Origin: a virus | Taxonomy: Duplodnaviria > Heunggongvirae > Uroviricota > Caudoviricetes | DNA length: 64,000 bases | Virus record (IMG/VR): IMGVR_UViG_2703718787_000017 | Reading direction: 5' to 3' (one strand) | In this document: positions 39,239 to 50,683 of the stretch, in pieces | Position numbering within the stretch: position 1 is the first letter of the stretch | Layout: every line of letters starts with the position of its first letter | The notes under the pieces: generated by a model | What the model was told of the DNA's origin: nothing | The model's database searches: none | The model's input: only the letters and a program-made list of their open reading frames with translations | Translations under genes and position numbers: made by a program

Positions 39239-40184
39239 ACGCCCACTGGTTATAAACACACAGCTTGCGATGAAGATTGGCTTAAATGAAGCCATTGTGT
39301 TGCAGCAGTTGCATTACTGGTTGAGAGATACCAATTCCGGTATGGAATGTGATGGTGTTCGCTGGATTTACAACACAACGGAACAATGGCTGGAACAGTT
39401 CCCATTCTGGTCAGAGTCAACGTTAAAGCGCGCGTTTGCAAGTCTGAAAACGCTGGGGCTTTTGCGTTGTGAAAAGCTCAATAAATCAAAGCGCGATATG
39501 ACCAATTTCTACACGATCAACTACGGGAGCGAGCTTTTAGATGATGGCAAATTGAGCGAATCCATCGGTTCAAAATGCGCCGCTCCATCAGGTCAAAATG
39601 ACACGATGGAAGAGGTCAAAATGAAACGCTCCATTGGTTCAAAACGATCCAATGTCATCGGGTCAAAATGGCCTGATGATCTTACAGAGAATACAACAGA
39701 GATTACTACAGAGAATAAAAACACTTTTCGTCCGGAAGCTTCGCAACCGGACCCGCAGACGACTGAACAGGATTTTTTAACCCGGAACTCCGACGCGGTT
39801 GTGTTTAGTGCGAAAAAACGCCAGTGGGGTAGCAGGGAGGATTTGGCGTGTGCGCAGTGGATCTGGGGGCGGATCGTGGGCCTCTACGAACAGGCAGCCA
39901 GTGATGATGGCGAGATCATGAGACCAAAAGAGCCTAACTGGACTGTCTGGGCCAATGACGTGCGCACAATGCGGATGCTGGATGGCAGAAGCCACAGACA
40001 AATTTGCGAAATGTTTGGTCGGGTTCAGCGAGATCCATTCTGGGTAAAAAACATCATGAGCCCGTCAAAGCTCCGCGAAAAATGGGACGAACTGGTCATC
40101 CGCCTGGGACGTTCACCTGTACAGCGTTGTGTTAATCATATTTCTGAACCGGATACAGAAATTCCGCCTGGTTTCAGAGGATAA
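39219..40184 (+). CDS. phage replication initiation protein (lambda O-like N-terminal domain) with internal origin iterons
   Basis: N-terminus …LVINTQLAMKIGLNEAIVLQQLHYWL…; five GGT(T)CAAAATG iterons inside the coding region. Confidence 0.8.
   Translation: MSLLFAERPLVINTQLAMKIGLNEAIVLQQLHYWLRDTNSGMECDGVRWIYNTTEQWLEQFPFWSESTLKRAFASLKTLGLLRCEKLNKSKRDMTNFYTINYGSELLDDGKLSESIGSKCAAPSGQNDTMEEVKMKRSIGSKRSNVIGSKWPDDLTENTTEITTENKNTFRPEASQPDPQTTEQDFLTRNSDAVVFSAKKRQWGSREDLACAQWIWGRIVGLYEQAASDDGEIMRPKEPNWTVWANDVRTMRMLDGRSHRQICEMFGRVQRDPFWVKNIMSPSKLREKWDELVIRLGRSPVQRCVNHISEPDTEIPPGFRG
39566..39670 (+). repeat. five direct iterons (consensus GGTCAAAATG) inside the O-like gene; putative replication origin
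   Basis: Repeats at about 39566, 39591, 39614, 39636, 39661. Confidence 0.6.
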
Positions 40185-40224
40185 GTGTTGATTTCAGGTC
40201 ATGAGGTAATTTTAAGGGGGACTT

Positions 40225-40647
40225 GTGGCAAAAGTTTTTACACAAGAAGAGCGGGAAAAAATTAAAGGGCAGGTGGTGGAACTCGTGCGCCAGAGCGGTC
40301 GTGAGACGTTACGGCAACTGGAAGCTAAAACAGGTGCGACTAGATATCTGATGAGCGTTCTTGCCAGAGAGCAGGTAGCCAGTGGCGATGTATACAACTC
40401 CGGCTACGGGTTATTCCCGTCTGAACAGGCGCGTAAGGACTGGCAAAACGCCCGCAAAAAACTCTCGAGGGCAAAGGTGAAGAAACCTGCTGTGGTTGAT
40501 CCGGACCTTATCTGGTCATTACCTGACGGAGAAATACGCCGCTACGACAGTCGTCTAAACATAATCTGTCGCGAGTGCCGGAAGAGCGAAGTTATGCAGC
40601 GTGTTCTGACGTTTTATCAGGGGAATTATCGGGAGGTGATGCTGTGA
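40225..40647 (+). CDS. hypothetical protein (140 aa, GTG start) downstream of the O-like gene
   Basis: RBS AAGGGGGA; occupies the position of a helicase loader but no similarity recognised. Confidence 0.55.
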   Translation: MAKVFTQEEREKIKGQVVELVRQSGRETLRQLEAKTGATRYLMSVLAREQVASGDVYNSGYGLFPSEQARKDWQNARKKLSRAKVKKPAVVDPDLIWSLPDGEIRRYDSRLNIICRECRKSEVMQRVLTFYQGNYREVML

Positions 40648-40877
40648 GTACATCGGCTACCATTCTCGACATGTGCTGTGGCAGTCGCATGCTCTGGTTC
40701 GATAAGAATGACGAATGGTCGATATTTAGCGATATCAGGAAAGAGGAACATTCGCTATGTGATGGACGTCACCCGATTATTAATCCCGACATTATCGCTG
40801 ATTTTCGTGCGCTGCCGTGGTTGTCTGCTTTGCATCAAAAGCAGACATTACCAGATTTAGACATCTGTTTCCGATAG
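40644..40877 (+). pseudogene. 78-codon ORF resembling the N-terminus of a class I methyltransferase (LDMCCGSRM…SIFSDIR…), apparently truncated
   Basis: GTG start with GGAGG RBS; motif-I-like sequence; frame ends early and overlaps the next gene region. Confidence 0.3.
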
Positions 40878-40930
40878 CCCGTTCTGATGCTACACTTTTT
40901 GCTATTTTCATGAACCTCATAAACACATTT

Positions 40931-41596
40931 ATGACTGTTGCTGATTTCAAACGCCCCAAATTGGAGCTCCCAAACGGGGCAAAAAAACTATTACTGCACT
41001 CTTGCTGTGCTCCATGTTCCGGTGAAGTGATGGAGGCGCTTCAGGCCTCGGGAATCGACTACACCATCTTTTTCTACAACCCGAACATTCATCCTCAGAA
41101 AGAGTATTTAATTCGTAAGGATGAGAATATTCGCTTTGCTAAACAACACGGCGTGCCATTTATTGATGCTGATTACGACACAGACAACTGGTTTGAGCGA
41201 GCCAAAGGAATGGAATGGGAGCCTGAACGAGGGATCCGTTGTACCATGTGTTTTGACATGCGTTTTGAGCGGACTGCACTGTATGCCGCTGAAAATGGTT
41301 TCAGTGTGATCAGTAGCTCACTGGGCATTTCACGCTGGAAAAATATGCAGCAGGTTAACGACTGTGGACGGCGAGCCGTCGCGCATTATCCGGGCATGGT
41401 GTACTGGGATTATAACTGGCGAAAACAGGGCGGCTCTTCCCGCATGATTGAAATCAGCAAGCGCGAACAATTCTATCAGCAGGAATATTGTGGCTGCGTG
41501 TATTCACTGCGCGATACCAATCTACACCGCAAATCTCAGGGACGCCCTCTAATCAAAATTGGTCAACTGCACTACGGTAAGGAAGGACAGGAATGA
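40931..41596 (+). CDS. DUF208/QueH-like protein (putative epoxyqueuosine reductase family), 221 aa
   Basis: N-terminal …[13 protein letters not shown]… signature plus later Cys residues recalled as the QueH hallmark; start codon uncertain (no clear SD). Confidence 0.55.
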   Translation: MTVADFKRPKLELPNGAKKLLLHSCCAPCSGEVMEALQASGIDYTIFFYNPNIHPQKEYLIRKDENIRFAKQHGVPFIDADYDTDNWFERAKGMEWEPERGIRCTMCFDMRFERTALYAAENGFSVISSSLGISRWKNMQQVNDCGRRAVAHYPGMVYWDYNWRKQGGSSRMIEISKREQFYQQEYCGCVYSLRDTNLHRKSQGRPLIKIGQLHYGKEGQE

Positions 41597-42208
41597 TTTT
41601 ATATTATGCCAACGGAGCGTAGCAGTGTTTCTATATATAGTACGCCTACCTTAATTTTCAAATAATCATGATTAATGAGCAGGTCATCAGTGCAAGCAAT
41701 GACCTGCTCATCTTGTTGAAATTAGAGGAAATCTTGCAGCCATGATATGGCTTAAAATAACGTTTGATTATTTTACCTGCTGTTTGTCCCTGGTTTAAAG
41801 TCGGTTGTCTGATTTGATTACGCGCAACTGACGCTTACGTATTGAAGTAACGAGCACGAAGACACATATTTATCAGTGCCTGTATACGTCAAGAGCAGGA
41901 GATTTATGTGCTGGTTCTCAAATGCACGCTGGCTATTGTGGCTGTAATGGCAATTTATTGTCTTGTTATTGTTCTTATGGATCACCTTTCTGATTGATTT
42001 CATATTGGCGAGGTAACGGTAGTTAAGTAGAATGGCTGCGGGTGCTTGAGGCTATCTGCCTCGGGCATGAACACCAACGGCAGATAGAGAAAAGCCCCAG
42101 TTAACATTACGCGTCCTGCAAGACGCTTAACATTAATCTGAGGCCAATTTCATGCTAGACACATGTAGGTTAGCCTCTTACGTGCCGAAAGGCAAGGAGA
42201 AGCAGGCT

Positions 42209-42364
42209 ATGAAGCAGCAAAAGGCGATGTTAATCGCCCTGATCGTCATCTGTTTAACCGTCATAGTGACGGCACTGGTAACGAGGAAAGACCTCTGCGA
42301 GGTACGAATCCGAACCGGCCAGACGGAGGTCGCTGTCTTCACAGCTTACGAACCTGAGGAGTAA
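42209..42364 (+). CDS. hokD: Hok-family type I toxin HokD (RelF)
   Basis: 51 aa MKQQKAMLIALIVICLTVIVTALVTRKDLCEVRIRTGQTEVAVFTAYEPEE. Confidence 0.85.
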   Translation: MKQQKAMLIALIVICLTVIVTALVTRKDLCEVRIRTGQTEVAVFTAYEPEE

Positions 42365-42432
42365 GAGACCCGGCGAGGGAGAAATCCCTCGCCACCTCTG
42401 ATGTGGCAGGCATCCTCAACGCACCCGCACTT

Positions 42433-42456
42433 AACCCGCTTCGGCGGGTTTTTGTT
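42433..42456 (+). terminator. rho-independent terminator downstream of hokD
   Basis: CCCGC-ttcg-GCGGG hairpin followed by TTTTTGTTTTT. Confidence 0.6.
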
Positions 42457-42580
42457 TTTATTTTCAACGCGTTTGAAGTTCTGGACGGTGCCGGAATAGA
42501 ATCAAAAATACTTAAGTAGCGCGCAGGGATAAGAGGGATGGTCCCTTAAAGGGGAGAGCTAATTATCCGGAAGGATTCTG

Positions 42581-42832
42581 ATGATGAACATCGAAGAACT
42601 GCGTAAAATTTTTTGTGAAGATGGCCTCTATGCTGTGTGCGTTGAAAATGGAAACATTGTTAGTCATTACCGCATTCTGTGTTTGCGAAAGAATGGGGCT
42701 GCGTTAATTAATTTTGTGGATGCTCGGGTCACGGACGGATTTATCTTGCGCGAAGGTGAGTTTGTCACTTCATTACAGGCACTGAAAGAGATCGGAATAA
42801 AAGCAGGCTTTTCAGCTTTTGCAGAAGAATAA
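42581..42832 (+). CDS. rem: Qin prophage protein Rem
   Basis: 83 aa MMNIEELRKIFCEDGLYAVCVENGN…. Confidence 0.8.
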   Translation: MMNIEELRKIFCEDGLYAVCVENGNIVSHYRILCLRKNGAALINFVDARVTDGFILREGEFVTSLQALKEIGIKAGFSAFAEE

Positions 42833-42898
42833 ACTCATCTACAATCTTGCGCGGGGCTGAACTCCCGCTGAGTAACACCGTGCCACCGGAGAAAACCG

Positions 42899-43177
42899 AT
42901 GGCACGCAACGTAAAATATTACAATTCTGATAATTCGCCCGTTCTTGTCTGCACGCACGAGCGGTATTCTCACGCATTCAAGTCTGAATGGTTCCAACAC
43001 CCTCCATGCACTGAAGAGCAGGCTGAATGGATAATTCAGTGTTACCGCAGGCGCGGATACGAGGTTAAGAAAGCCCTTAGCCTCGACTACCGTCACTGGA
43101 TAATCTCAGTCAGATTGCCTTACTCCGAACGCCCACCACGTGCGTCCCGCACTTTCCAGCAACGGATCTGGAGGTAA
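42899..43177 (+). CDS. hypothetical protein (92 aa), stop 1 nt before the ydfU-like GTG start
   Basis: ORF with translational coupling geometry; no family recognised. Confidence 0.4.
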   Translation: MARNVKYYNSDNSPVLVCTHERYSHAFKSEWFQHPPCTEEQAEWIIQCYRRRGYEVKKALSLDYRHWIISVRLPYSERPPRASRTFQQRIWR

Positions 43178-43178
43178 C

Positions 43179-44228
43179 GTGCGGGTATTACTTAGACCTG
43201 TTCTGGTGCCTGAGCTTGGGCTGGTGGTCCTTAAGCCGGGCCGTGAATCCATACAGATATTTCATAATCCTCGAGTGCTGGTGGAACCGGAACCAAAAAG
43301 CATGCGTAATCTGCCATCCGGAGTCGTTCCTGCCGTTCGCCAGCCGCTGGCGGAAGACAAAACATTGCTGCCGTTTTTTAGTAACGAACGGGTGATTCGT
43401 GCTGCTGGCGGCGTTGGCGCATTGTCTGACTGGCTATTACGTCATGTTACATCCTGCCAGTGGCCTAATGGCGATTACCATCACTCTGAAACAGTCATTC
43501 ACCGTTATGGTACCGGCGCAATGGTGTTGTGTTGGCACTGCGACAACCAACTGCGTGACCAGACATCGGAATCACTGGATCTGCTTGCTCAACAAAATCT
43601 GACAGCATGGGTGATTGACGTCATCCGTCACGCAATAAGCGGTACGCAGGAACGTGAATTATCTCTGGCTGAATTATCCTGGTGGGCGGTCCGCAATCAG
43701 GTGGCGGACGCGCTACCGGAAGCGGTATTACGTCGTTCGCTGGGATTACCAGCGGAAAAAATCTGCTCGGTGTACCGCGAGAGCGACATCGTACCGGGAG
43801 AGCAGACCGCCACCAGCATATTGAAACAACGCACAAAAAATCTTGCACCGTTGCCTTACGCCCACCAGCAACAAAAACTACCACAGGAAAAGACGGTGGT
43901 AAGCATCACCGTTGATCCAGAGTCTCCGGAATCTTTCATGAAGCTGCCTAAACGTCGCCGCTGGGTTAAGGAGAAATACACACGTTGGGTTAAGACACAG
44001 CCGTGTGCTTGCTGCGGTATGCCAGCCGACGATCCGCATCATCTGATTGGTCACGGGCAGGGCGGAATGGGAACAAAAGCACATGATCTCTTTGTGTTGC
44101 CTTTGTGCAGAAAGCATCACAACGAGCTGCATAGGGATACAGTGGCATTTGAAGAGAAGTATGGCTCCCAACTGGAGCTGATATTTCGTTTTATCGATCG
44201 CGCGCTGGCAATTGGCGTACTGGCGTAA
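43179..44228 (+). CDS. ydfU: YdfU-like protein (DUF968-type) with C-terminal HNH-like Cys/His cluster
   Basis: GTG start with GGAGG RBS; 349 aa; C-terminus …CACCGMPADDPHHLIGHG…CRKHHNELH. Confidence 0.75.
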   Translation: MRVLLRPVLVPELGLVVLKPGRESIQIFHNPRVLVEPEPKSMRNLPSGVVPAVRQPLAEDKTLLPFFSNERVIRAAGGVGALSDWLLRHVTSCQWPNGDYHHSETVIHRYGTGAMVLCWHCDNQLRDQTSESLDLLAQQNLTAWVIDVIRHAISGTQERELSLAELSWWAVRNQVADALPEAVLRRSLGLPAEKICSVYRESDIVPGEQTATSILKQRTKNLAPLPYAHQQQKLPQEKTVVSITVDPESPESFMKLPKRRRWVKEKYTRWVKTQPCACCGMPADDPHHLIGHGQGGMGTKAHDLFVLPLCRKHHNELHRDTVAFEEKYGSQLELIFRFIDRALAIGVLA

Positions 44229-44241
44229 GTGGAGAACGAGC

Positions 44242-44994
44242 ATGAACCTTGAAGCCTTACCAAAATATTACTCCCCAAAATCTCCAAAATTGAGCGATGA
44301 CTCTCCAGCGACAGGCACCGGTTGTTTAACAATTACGGATGTAATGGCAGCGCAGGGGATGGTGCAGTCGAAAGCACCACTTGGGTTGGCCTTATTTCTG
44401 GCAAAAGTTGGTGTTCAGGACCCTCAGTTTGCGATTGAAGGCCTGCTAAATTACGCGATGGCACTGGATAACCCGACATTGAACAAATTGAGTGAAGAAA
44501 TCCGGTTACAGATTATTCCTTACCTCGTGAGTTTTGCCTTTGCTGATTACTCCAGGTCTGCGGCAAGTAAGGCTCGCTGTGAGCATTGTTCAGGTACGGG
44601 ATTTTATAATGTATTGCGCGAAGTGGTGAAACACTACAGACGCGGGGAATCTGTAATCAAGGAAGAATGGGTGAAGGAACTATGTCAGCATTGCCATGGT
44701 AAGGGCGAAGTCAGCACAGCGTGCAGAGGGTGTAAGGGTAAAGGGATTGTTCTGGATGAAAAAAGAACCCGGTTTCATGGCGTACCGGTATATAAGATTT
44801 GTGGGCGTTGTAATGGAAACCGGTTTAGTCGTTTACCGACCACGCTGGCACGACGTCATGTCCAGAAGCTGGTACCAGACCTGACCGATTATCAGTGGTA
44901 TAAGGGGTATGCGGACGTCATTGATAAACTGGTAACAAAGTGCTGGCAGGAAGAAGCATACGCGGAAGCGCAATTGAGGAAGGTGACGAGATAA
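44242..44994 (+). CDS. quuQ: late-gene antiterminator Q homologue (QuuQ)
   Basis: 250 aa with Cys-rich zinc-binding region (CEHCSGTG…CQHCHGKG…CRGCKGKG); GGAG RBS. Confidence 0.85.
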   Translation: MNLEALPKYYSPKSPKLSDDSPATGTGCLTITDVMAAQGMVQSKAPLGLALFLAKVGVQDPQFAIEGLLNYAMALDNPTLNKLSEEIRLQIIPYLVSFAFADYSRSAASKARCEHCSGTGFYNVLREVVKHYRRGESVIKEEWVKELCQHCHGKGEVSTACRGCKGKGIVLDEKRTRFHGVPVYKICGRCNGNRFSRLPTTLARRHVQKLVPDLTDYQWYKGYADVIDKLVTKCWQEEAYAEAQLRKVTR

Positions 44995-45101
44995 ATGATT
45001 TTTGCTGAAGATGGCGACATGATGTTTGCATTTTTCAAAAAACATGGATAAGATTTTCTCAACGATGGGCTTTGTGTATCCGACGTTTAGAAAAAAGTAG
45101 A

Positions 45102-45127
45102 AAACCCGCTGATAAGCGGGTTTTTGT
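45102..45127 (+). terminator. rho-independent terminator about 110 nt after quuQ (tR'-like)
   Basis: AAACCCGC-tgataa-GCGGGTTT followed by TTGTG. Confidence 0.6.
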
Positions 45128-45669
45128 GCTTTAAATGGGGCAATAGAGATATTGAATCTCATCCCGGGATAAACATTGGGAGTTGAAGGTCCACGCGAAC
45201 CATTTATCCGGCAAAATTCCACGCGTAATCCTGTGGTAATTTCTTCTGCATCTCGAAGATTGAGAGCTGAAACGTGAAGCTGGGCATCGATACGCCATCG
45301 GATGGGAATATAAGACCTTTGCTGCTTTTGTAGTCAAAGTTTTTGACAATTCCTGTCATTTTAGGGGACAGAAAAACTCCTTAATACTGATAACCTGGTG
45401 CACCATACACACGTTCCTGGAGAAAACTACTTTGTTGATAGGGTTGAAGGTGTCTGGATGTCTAAAATAAACATTGCTTCATATGTTCAACTATGAGTTA
45501 ATGACTGCGTCGGTTTGAAGAACAGACGATATACGAAGTAGTTTACTAAAGCAGTTCTCATTTCAGGTGTTATTCACTTATTCCTTCTTTGAGTCTCTCC
45601 AATTAAGTACGAAGTCGTTTCTGTTATGCAAACCATTTATGCCGAAAGGCTCAAGTTAAGGAATGTAGA

Positions 45670-45885
45670 ATGTCAAATAAAATGACTGGTTTAGTAAAAT
45701 GGTTTAACGCTGATAAAGGTTTCGGCTTTATTTCTCCTGTTGATGGTAGTAAAGATGTGTTTGTGCATTTTTCTGCGATTCAGAATGATAATTATCGAAC
45801 CTTATTTGAAGGTCAAAAGGTTACCTTCTCTATAGAGAGTGGTGCTAAAGGTCCTGCAGCAGTAAATGTCATCATTACTGATTAA
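45670..45885 (+). CDS. cspB: cold-shock protein CspB-like
   Basis: [38 protein letters not shown]… CSD with RNP motifs; long AT-rich 5' leader. Confidence 0.9.
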   Translation: MSNKMTGLVKWFNADKGFGFISPVDGSKDVFVHFSAIQNDNYRTLFEGQKVTFSIESGAKGPAAVNVIITD

Positions 45886-46166
45886 AATTCATCGCTCGTC
45901 TGTATACGATAACGAAGAAGGCTGATGCCTGAGTAGAGATACGGACAGAGTAGTGAATATTGGATTTCTTTAATAAAAATTAAGGAGGTCCAATACATGA
46001 AACAATGGCCAGCATATTTGGCAAAATCTTAATCAGGAAAAGTATGCTAACCATTGTGGTGAAGTGCAGGTTTGCTGCATGAATAGTTTTACAGCAGAAG
46101 CTAACTGCTGGCATGGCAAAACAAAGTGCGTAAGTGGATGACTCCCACAAAAAGCACCACAATCTC

Positions 46167-46189
46167 AAACCCGCTCAGGCGGGTTTTTT
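46167..46189 (+). terminator. rho-independent terminator after cspB
   Basis: AAACCCGC-tcag-GCGGGTTT followed by TTTT. Confidence 0.6.
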
Positions 46190-46247
46190 ATTATCTGCTT
46201 TAAATATATTATTAAAATATAAAAATACTTGTTACTAATAAAATCAA

Positions 46248-46418
46248 TCAGGCTACAGCTTTAAGATTTGTCTGGAATACTTTGTTGCAATGAGGGCAGA
46301 TCAAAAGGGCACCTTTTTGTACTCTTGAAAAACTGTGTTCTGACTCTTGGGTGCAGTTTGGGCAGGAACATTTAACGAGATAATTACGGCGTGATTTTGA
46401 GTCTTTACGTTCTGACAT
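46248..46418 (-). CDS. small zinc-ribbon protein (CSCPNC…CPHCNK)
   Basis: 56 aa; RBS AGGAAAAGCC-ATG on minus strand. Confidence 0.5.
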   Translation of the reverse strand: MSERKDSKSRRNYLVKCSCPNCTQESEHSFSRVQKGALLICPHCNKVFQTNLKAVA

Positions 46419-46637
46419 AGGCTTTTCCTGTATAAATGGCCGTATACAGTACACTAAATATGAAAACATTTCTCGTATTATTATTTTATATATGACTTTC
46501 TTTCAAAATAATTACTCACATTTTTAATGTGTATGTTTCTTTAGCGCCGTTGAGAACAACGTGTGCTGTCAAAACTACCCCGTAGACTCCGATCTTTTCA
46601 AACATATTGCACCATCCGTGTACATCGGGGTGAGGAT

Positions 46638-46853
46638 ATGAAATCAATGGATAAGTTAACAACAGGTGTTGCCTATGGCACATCGGCGGGTAATGCTGGT
46701 TTCTGGGCATTGCAGTTACTCGATAAAGTAACTCCGTCACAGTGGGCTGCAATCGGTGTGCTGGGTAGCCTGGTTTTTGGCCTGCTGACGTATCTGACAA
46801 ATCTTTATTTCAAGATTAAAGAAGACAGGCGTAAGGCTGCGAGAGGAGAGTAA
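46638..46853 (+). CDS. essQ: phage 21-type class II holin (S21-like), dual-start motif MKSMDK
   Basis: 71 aa [18 protein letters not shown]…[36 protein letters not shown]. Confidence 0.85.
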   Translation: MKSMDKLTTGVAYGTSAGNAGFWALQLLDKVTPSQWAAIGVLGSLVFGLLTYLTNLYFKIKEDRRKAARGE

Positions 46854-46857
46854 TCCA

Positions 46858-47165
46858 ATGACTCAAGACTATGAACTGGTTGTGAAAGGAGTCCGTAATT
46901 TTGAGAATAAAGTTACGGTAACTGTAGCCTTACAGGACAAAGAACGCTTTGACGGTGAAATTTTTGGCCTGGATGTCGCCATGGACCGTGTTGAAGGAGC
47001 TGCGCTGGAGTTTTATGAGGCAGCAGCCAGAAGGAGCGTCCGGCAAGTCTTCCTGGAAGTAGCAGAAAAATTGTCAGAAAAAGTTGAGTCTTATCTGCAG
47101 CATCAGTACTCCTTTAAGATTGAAAATCCTGCCAATAAGCACGAGCGTCCTCATCATAAATATAT

Positions 47166-47169
<4 letters not shown>
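46858..47169 (+). CDS. ydfR: Qin prophage protein YdfR (DUF1327-type)
   Basis: 103 aa between holin and endolysin. Confidence 0.75.
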
Positions 47170-48193
<1,024 letters not shown>

Positions 48194-48554
48194 GGTAATA
48201 TTAAATCGGAACATTTACATCGCGGAATGTAAAATTTAAATAAAAAGGACTCTTCCATGAGCCAAAATTCCTGAAATCTTAAGGGTAAGATAAAAGGTCT
48301 TAATCAGAATGACACGTTTTATTAATAAATAAAGCTATTCTTTCATTGCTGTGTTTTTCTTTACAAAAGTAATCCTTGCTATGGGTGGTTAATCATGCGT
48401 TAATGGTGTTCTGGTTTGTTACAAATTTATCTGAAGCAGTCATTGTTATAATTTTATTATTTGTACCTCTTGAGATTTCCTTGTTGGTTTTTCTCTCTGA
48501 TATTTTTTTCGGACCATTCTGCCCAAGGGCTAATTTCTTCAAAAGGTAATAATT

Positions 48555-48767
48555 ATGTCTAACAAAATGACTGGTTTAGTGAAATGGTTTAACCCTGAAA
48601 AAGGTTTTGGTTTCATCACGCCGAAAGATGGCAGCAAAGATGTGTTTGTCCATTTCTCAGCAATTCAGAGCAACGATTTCAAAACATTAACTGAGAATCA
48701 GGAAGTTGAATTTGGTATTGAGAACGGACCTAAAGGTCCTGCCGCTGTTCATGTAGTGGCGCTTTGA
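48555..48767 (+). CDS. cspI: cold-shock protein CspI-like
   Basis: [38 protein letters not shown]…. Confidence 0.9.
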   Translation: MSNKMTGLVKWFNPEKGFGFITPKDGSKDVFVHFSAIQSNDFKTLTENQEVEFGIENGPKGPAAVHVVAL

Positions 48768-49038
48768 GGTAGACAATATTACAAACCATATTCACTTTAG
48801 ATGCCCGTGTTGTCATGGTTCCCAGTATAGAACATCATCTTTTGATGTTTCTGACATGAATCCTTTCGGGGCAAAATGTATCTTTTGTAAATCAATGATG
48901 ATTACATTTGATAATATTTCACAATACTTAAATGCCAGCCGTCTGTCGTTGGATTTAAAAAAGTGAAAATGAAGGCTCCTTCGGGAGCTTTTTTGCTTGG
49001 TGTCTATTCGATGGATACTCACATACTACGGTAACATC

Positions 49039-49269
49039 ATGAAAAAAATCATAGTTTTTTTTAACTCTGAACCAGCAGTGGTAGTGCCAGCGATGACTGG
49101 AGTTAACACCATCATGCGTGAATATCCAAATGGCGAAAAAACACACCTTACTGTAATGGCCGCAGGGTTTCCATCTCTGACCGGAGATCATAAAGTCATT
49201 TATGTAGCCGCGGATCGACATGTCACTTCAGAAGAAATTCTGGAAGCAGCAATAAGGCTCTTGAGTTGA
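49039..49269 (+). CDS. hypothetical protein (76 aa)
   Basis: ORF MKKIIVFFNSEPAVVVPAMTG…; no clear RBS. Confidence 0.4.
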   Translation: MKKIIVFFNSEPAVVVPAMTGVNTIMREYPNGEKTHLTVMAAGFPSLTGDHKVIYVAADRHVTSEEILEAAIRLLS

Positions 49270-49440
49270 TTTGATGCTATTGCATTGATAATTCAGGAAA
49301 ATTCTCTTTGTCTGTTTGTGTAAAATTTAGACTATCGTATGTTGATTATTGCGATGTTTCATCTTATCTTTTACACGTTTGCACCATATAATCGACTTAC
49401 TGTGTAACTGGAAAGTCATAACAGACTAAAAGAGGAAATG

Positions 49441-49614
49441 ATGAATATTGAAGACTTAAAAACAAAAGCAGAAGCAGATATTTCTGAATATATAACAAAA
49501 AAAATTATTGAACTTAAGAAAAAGACCGGGAAAGAAGTTACCAGTATTCAGTTTACCGCACGGGAAAAAATGACGGGTCTTGAAAGCTATGATGTCAAGA
49601 TTAATTTAATCTGA
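49441..49614 (+). CDS. gnsB: GnsB (Gns-family small protein)
   Basis: 57 aa MNIEDLKTKAEADISEYITKKIIELKKKTGKEVTSIQFTAREKMTGLESYDVKINLI; RBS AAGAGGAAATG; below the ORF-track length cut-off. Confidence 0.8.
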   Translation: MNIEDLKTKAEADISEYITKKIIELKKKTGKEVTSIQFTAREKMTGLESYDVKINLI

Positions 49615-49765
49615 TGTATTCAATAATAAAATTTATCCATAAACCTCGTTTTTACGGGGTTTTGTTATATTTGAATGGTTCCGAATATCTAAATCACAAT
49701 TGTTGATGGTTTTTATTAAACCAATGCAGTCCGGCTCAGGAGTGAGAGAAGCCGGACGTTATGGT

Positions 49766-50176
49766 TTAGCGTGGTAAGATCTGTGTAGTTTTCTGGATGC
49801 TTTCAGTAAATAGTAATGAGTTATCAAAGGCATAGTAATATCTTTGGTGTTCCTGGATATTTGTAACCCATCGGAAAACTCCTGCTTTAGCAAGATTTTC
49901 CCTGTATTGTTGAAATGTGATTTCTTTTGATTTCAACTTATTATAGGAGGTCTCTATAAGATGTTTGTTTCTGGAGAATTTAACATTTACAACCTTTTTG
50001 AGTCCTTTTACTAACACTATGTTGTCGTTTTCTAACACAATGTGAATATTATCTGTGGCTAAATAGTAAATATAAAGTGAGACATTGTGACGTTTTAGCT
50101 CAGAATAAAATAATTCACAGTTTAAATCTTTACGCACTTGATCGAATATTTCTTTAAAAATGGCAGCCTGAGCCAT
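49766..50176 (-). CDS. ydfO: YdfO-like protein (DUF1398-type)
   Basis: 136 aa from [24 protein letters not shown]…. Confidence 0.7.
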   Translation of the reverse strand: MAQAAIFKEIFDQVRKDLNCELFYSELKRHNVSLYIYYLATDNIHIVLENDNIVLVKGLKKVVNVKFSRNKHLIETSYNKLKSKEITFQQYRENLAKAGVFRWVTNIQEHQRYYYAFDNSLLFTESIQKTTQILPR

Positions 50177-50476
50177 TGGTAAACCTTCCATGTGATACGA
50201 TAGCGCGTAGTTTGCATTATCGTGTTTATTGTTTCAATCTGGTCTGACCTCTTTGTGTTTTGTTGATGATTTATGTCAAATATTAAGCCTGTTTTTAATG
50301 AATAGTGTTGATTGCGTAACAAAGTTGAGCCTTGCTGGCATCCAGGAGGGATATGCAACCGACAGATGTATGTAAGGTCGATGTACTCAAACTTTCATAC
50401 TTTTCCTCTTTTATGCAGAAAGATTTGAAGTAATATTTTAACCGCTAGATGACGAGCAAACGCATGGAGCGACAAA

Positions 50477-50683
50477 ATGAATAAAGAACAATCTGCTGAT
50501 GAACTCTCGTTGGATCTGATTCGTGTAAAAAATATGCTTAATAGCACCATTTCTATGAGTTACCCGGATGTTGTAATTGCATGTATAGAACATCAGGTGT
50601 CTCTGGAAGCATTCAGGGCAATTGAGGCAGCGTTGGTGAAGCACGATAAGAATTCGAAGGATTATTCCCTGGTGGTTGACTGA
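50477..50683 (+). CDS. hypothetical protein (68 aa)
   Basis: ORF upstream of cos/terminase; no family recognised. Confidence 0.45.
   Translation: MNKEQSADELSLDLIRVKNMLNSTISMSYPDVVIACIEHQVSLEAFRAIEAALVKHDKNSKDYSLVVD

Noticed and set aside
40817-40930. N-terminal extension of the QueH-like ORF (start at 40817)
   Set aside because: The extension is read-through from the preceding region with no start signal; the conserved N-terminal signature begins shortly after Met at 40931.
42152-42208. 70-codon in-frame extension upstream of hokD taken as the true start
   Set aside because: Hok toxins are about 50 aa and the MKQQKAM start gives the canonical length; the extension may correspond to a mok-like leader frame.
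42290-42320. tRNA-like TpsiC-arm sequence (GGTACGAATCC)
   Set aside because: Lies inside the hokD coding sequence with no acceptor/anticodon arm structure; no tRNA genes were found in the window.
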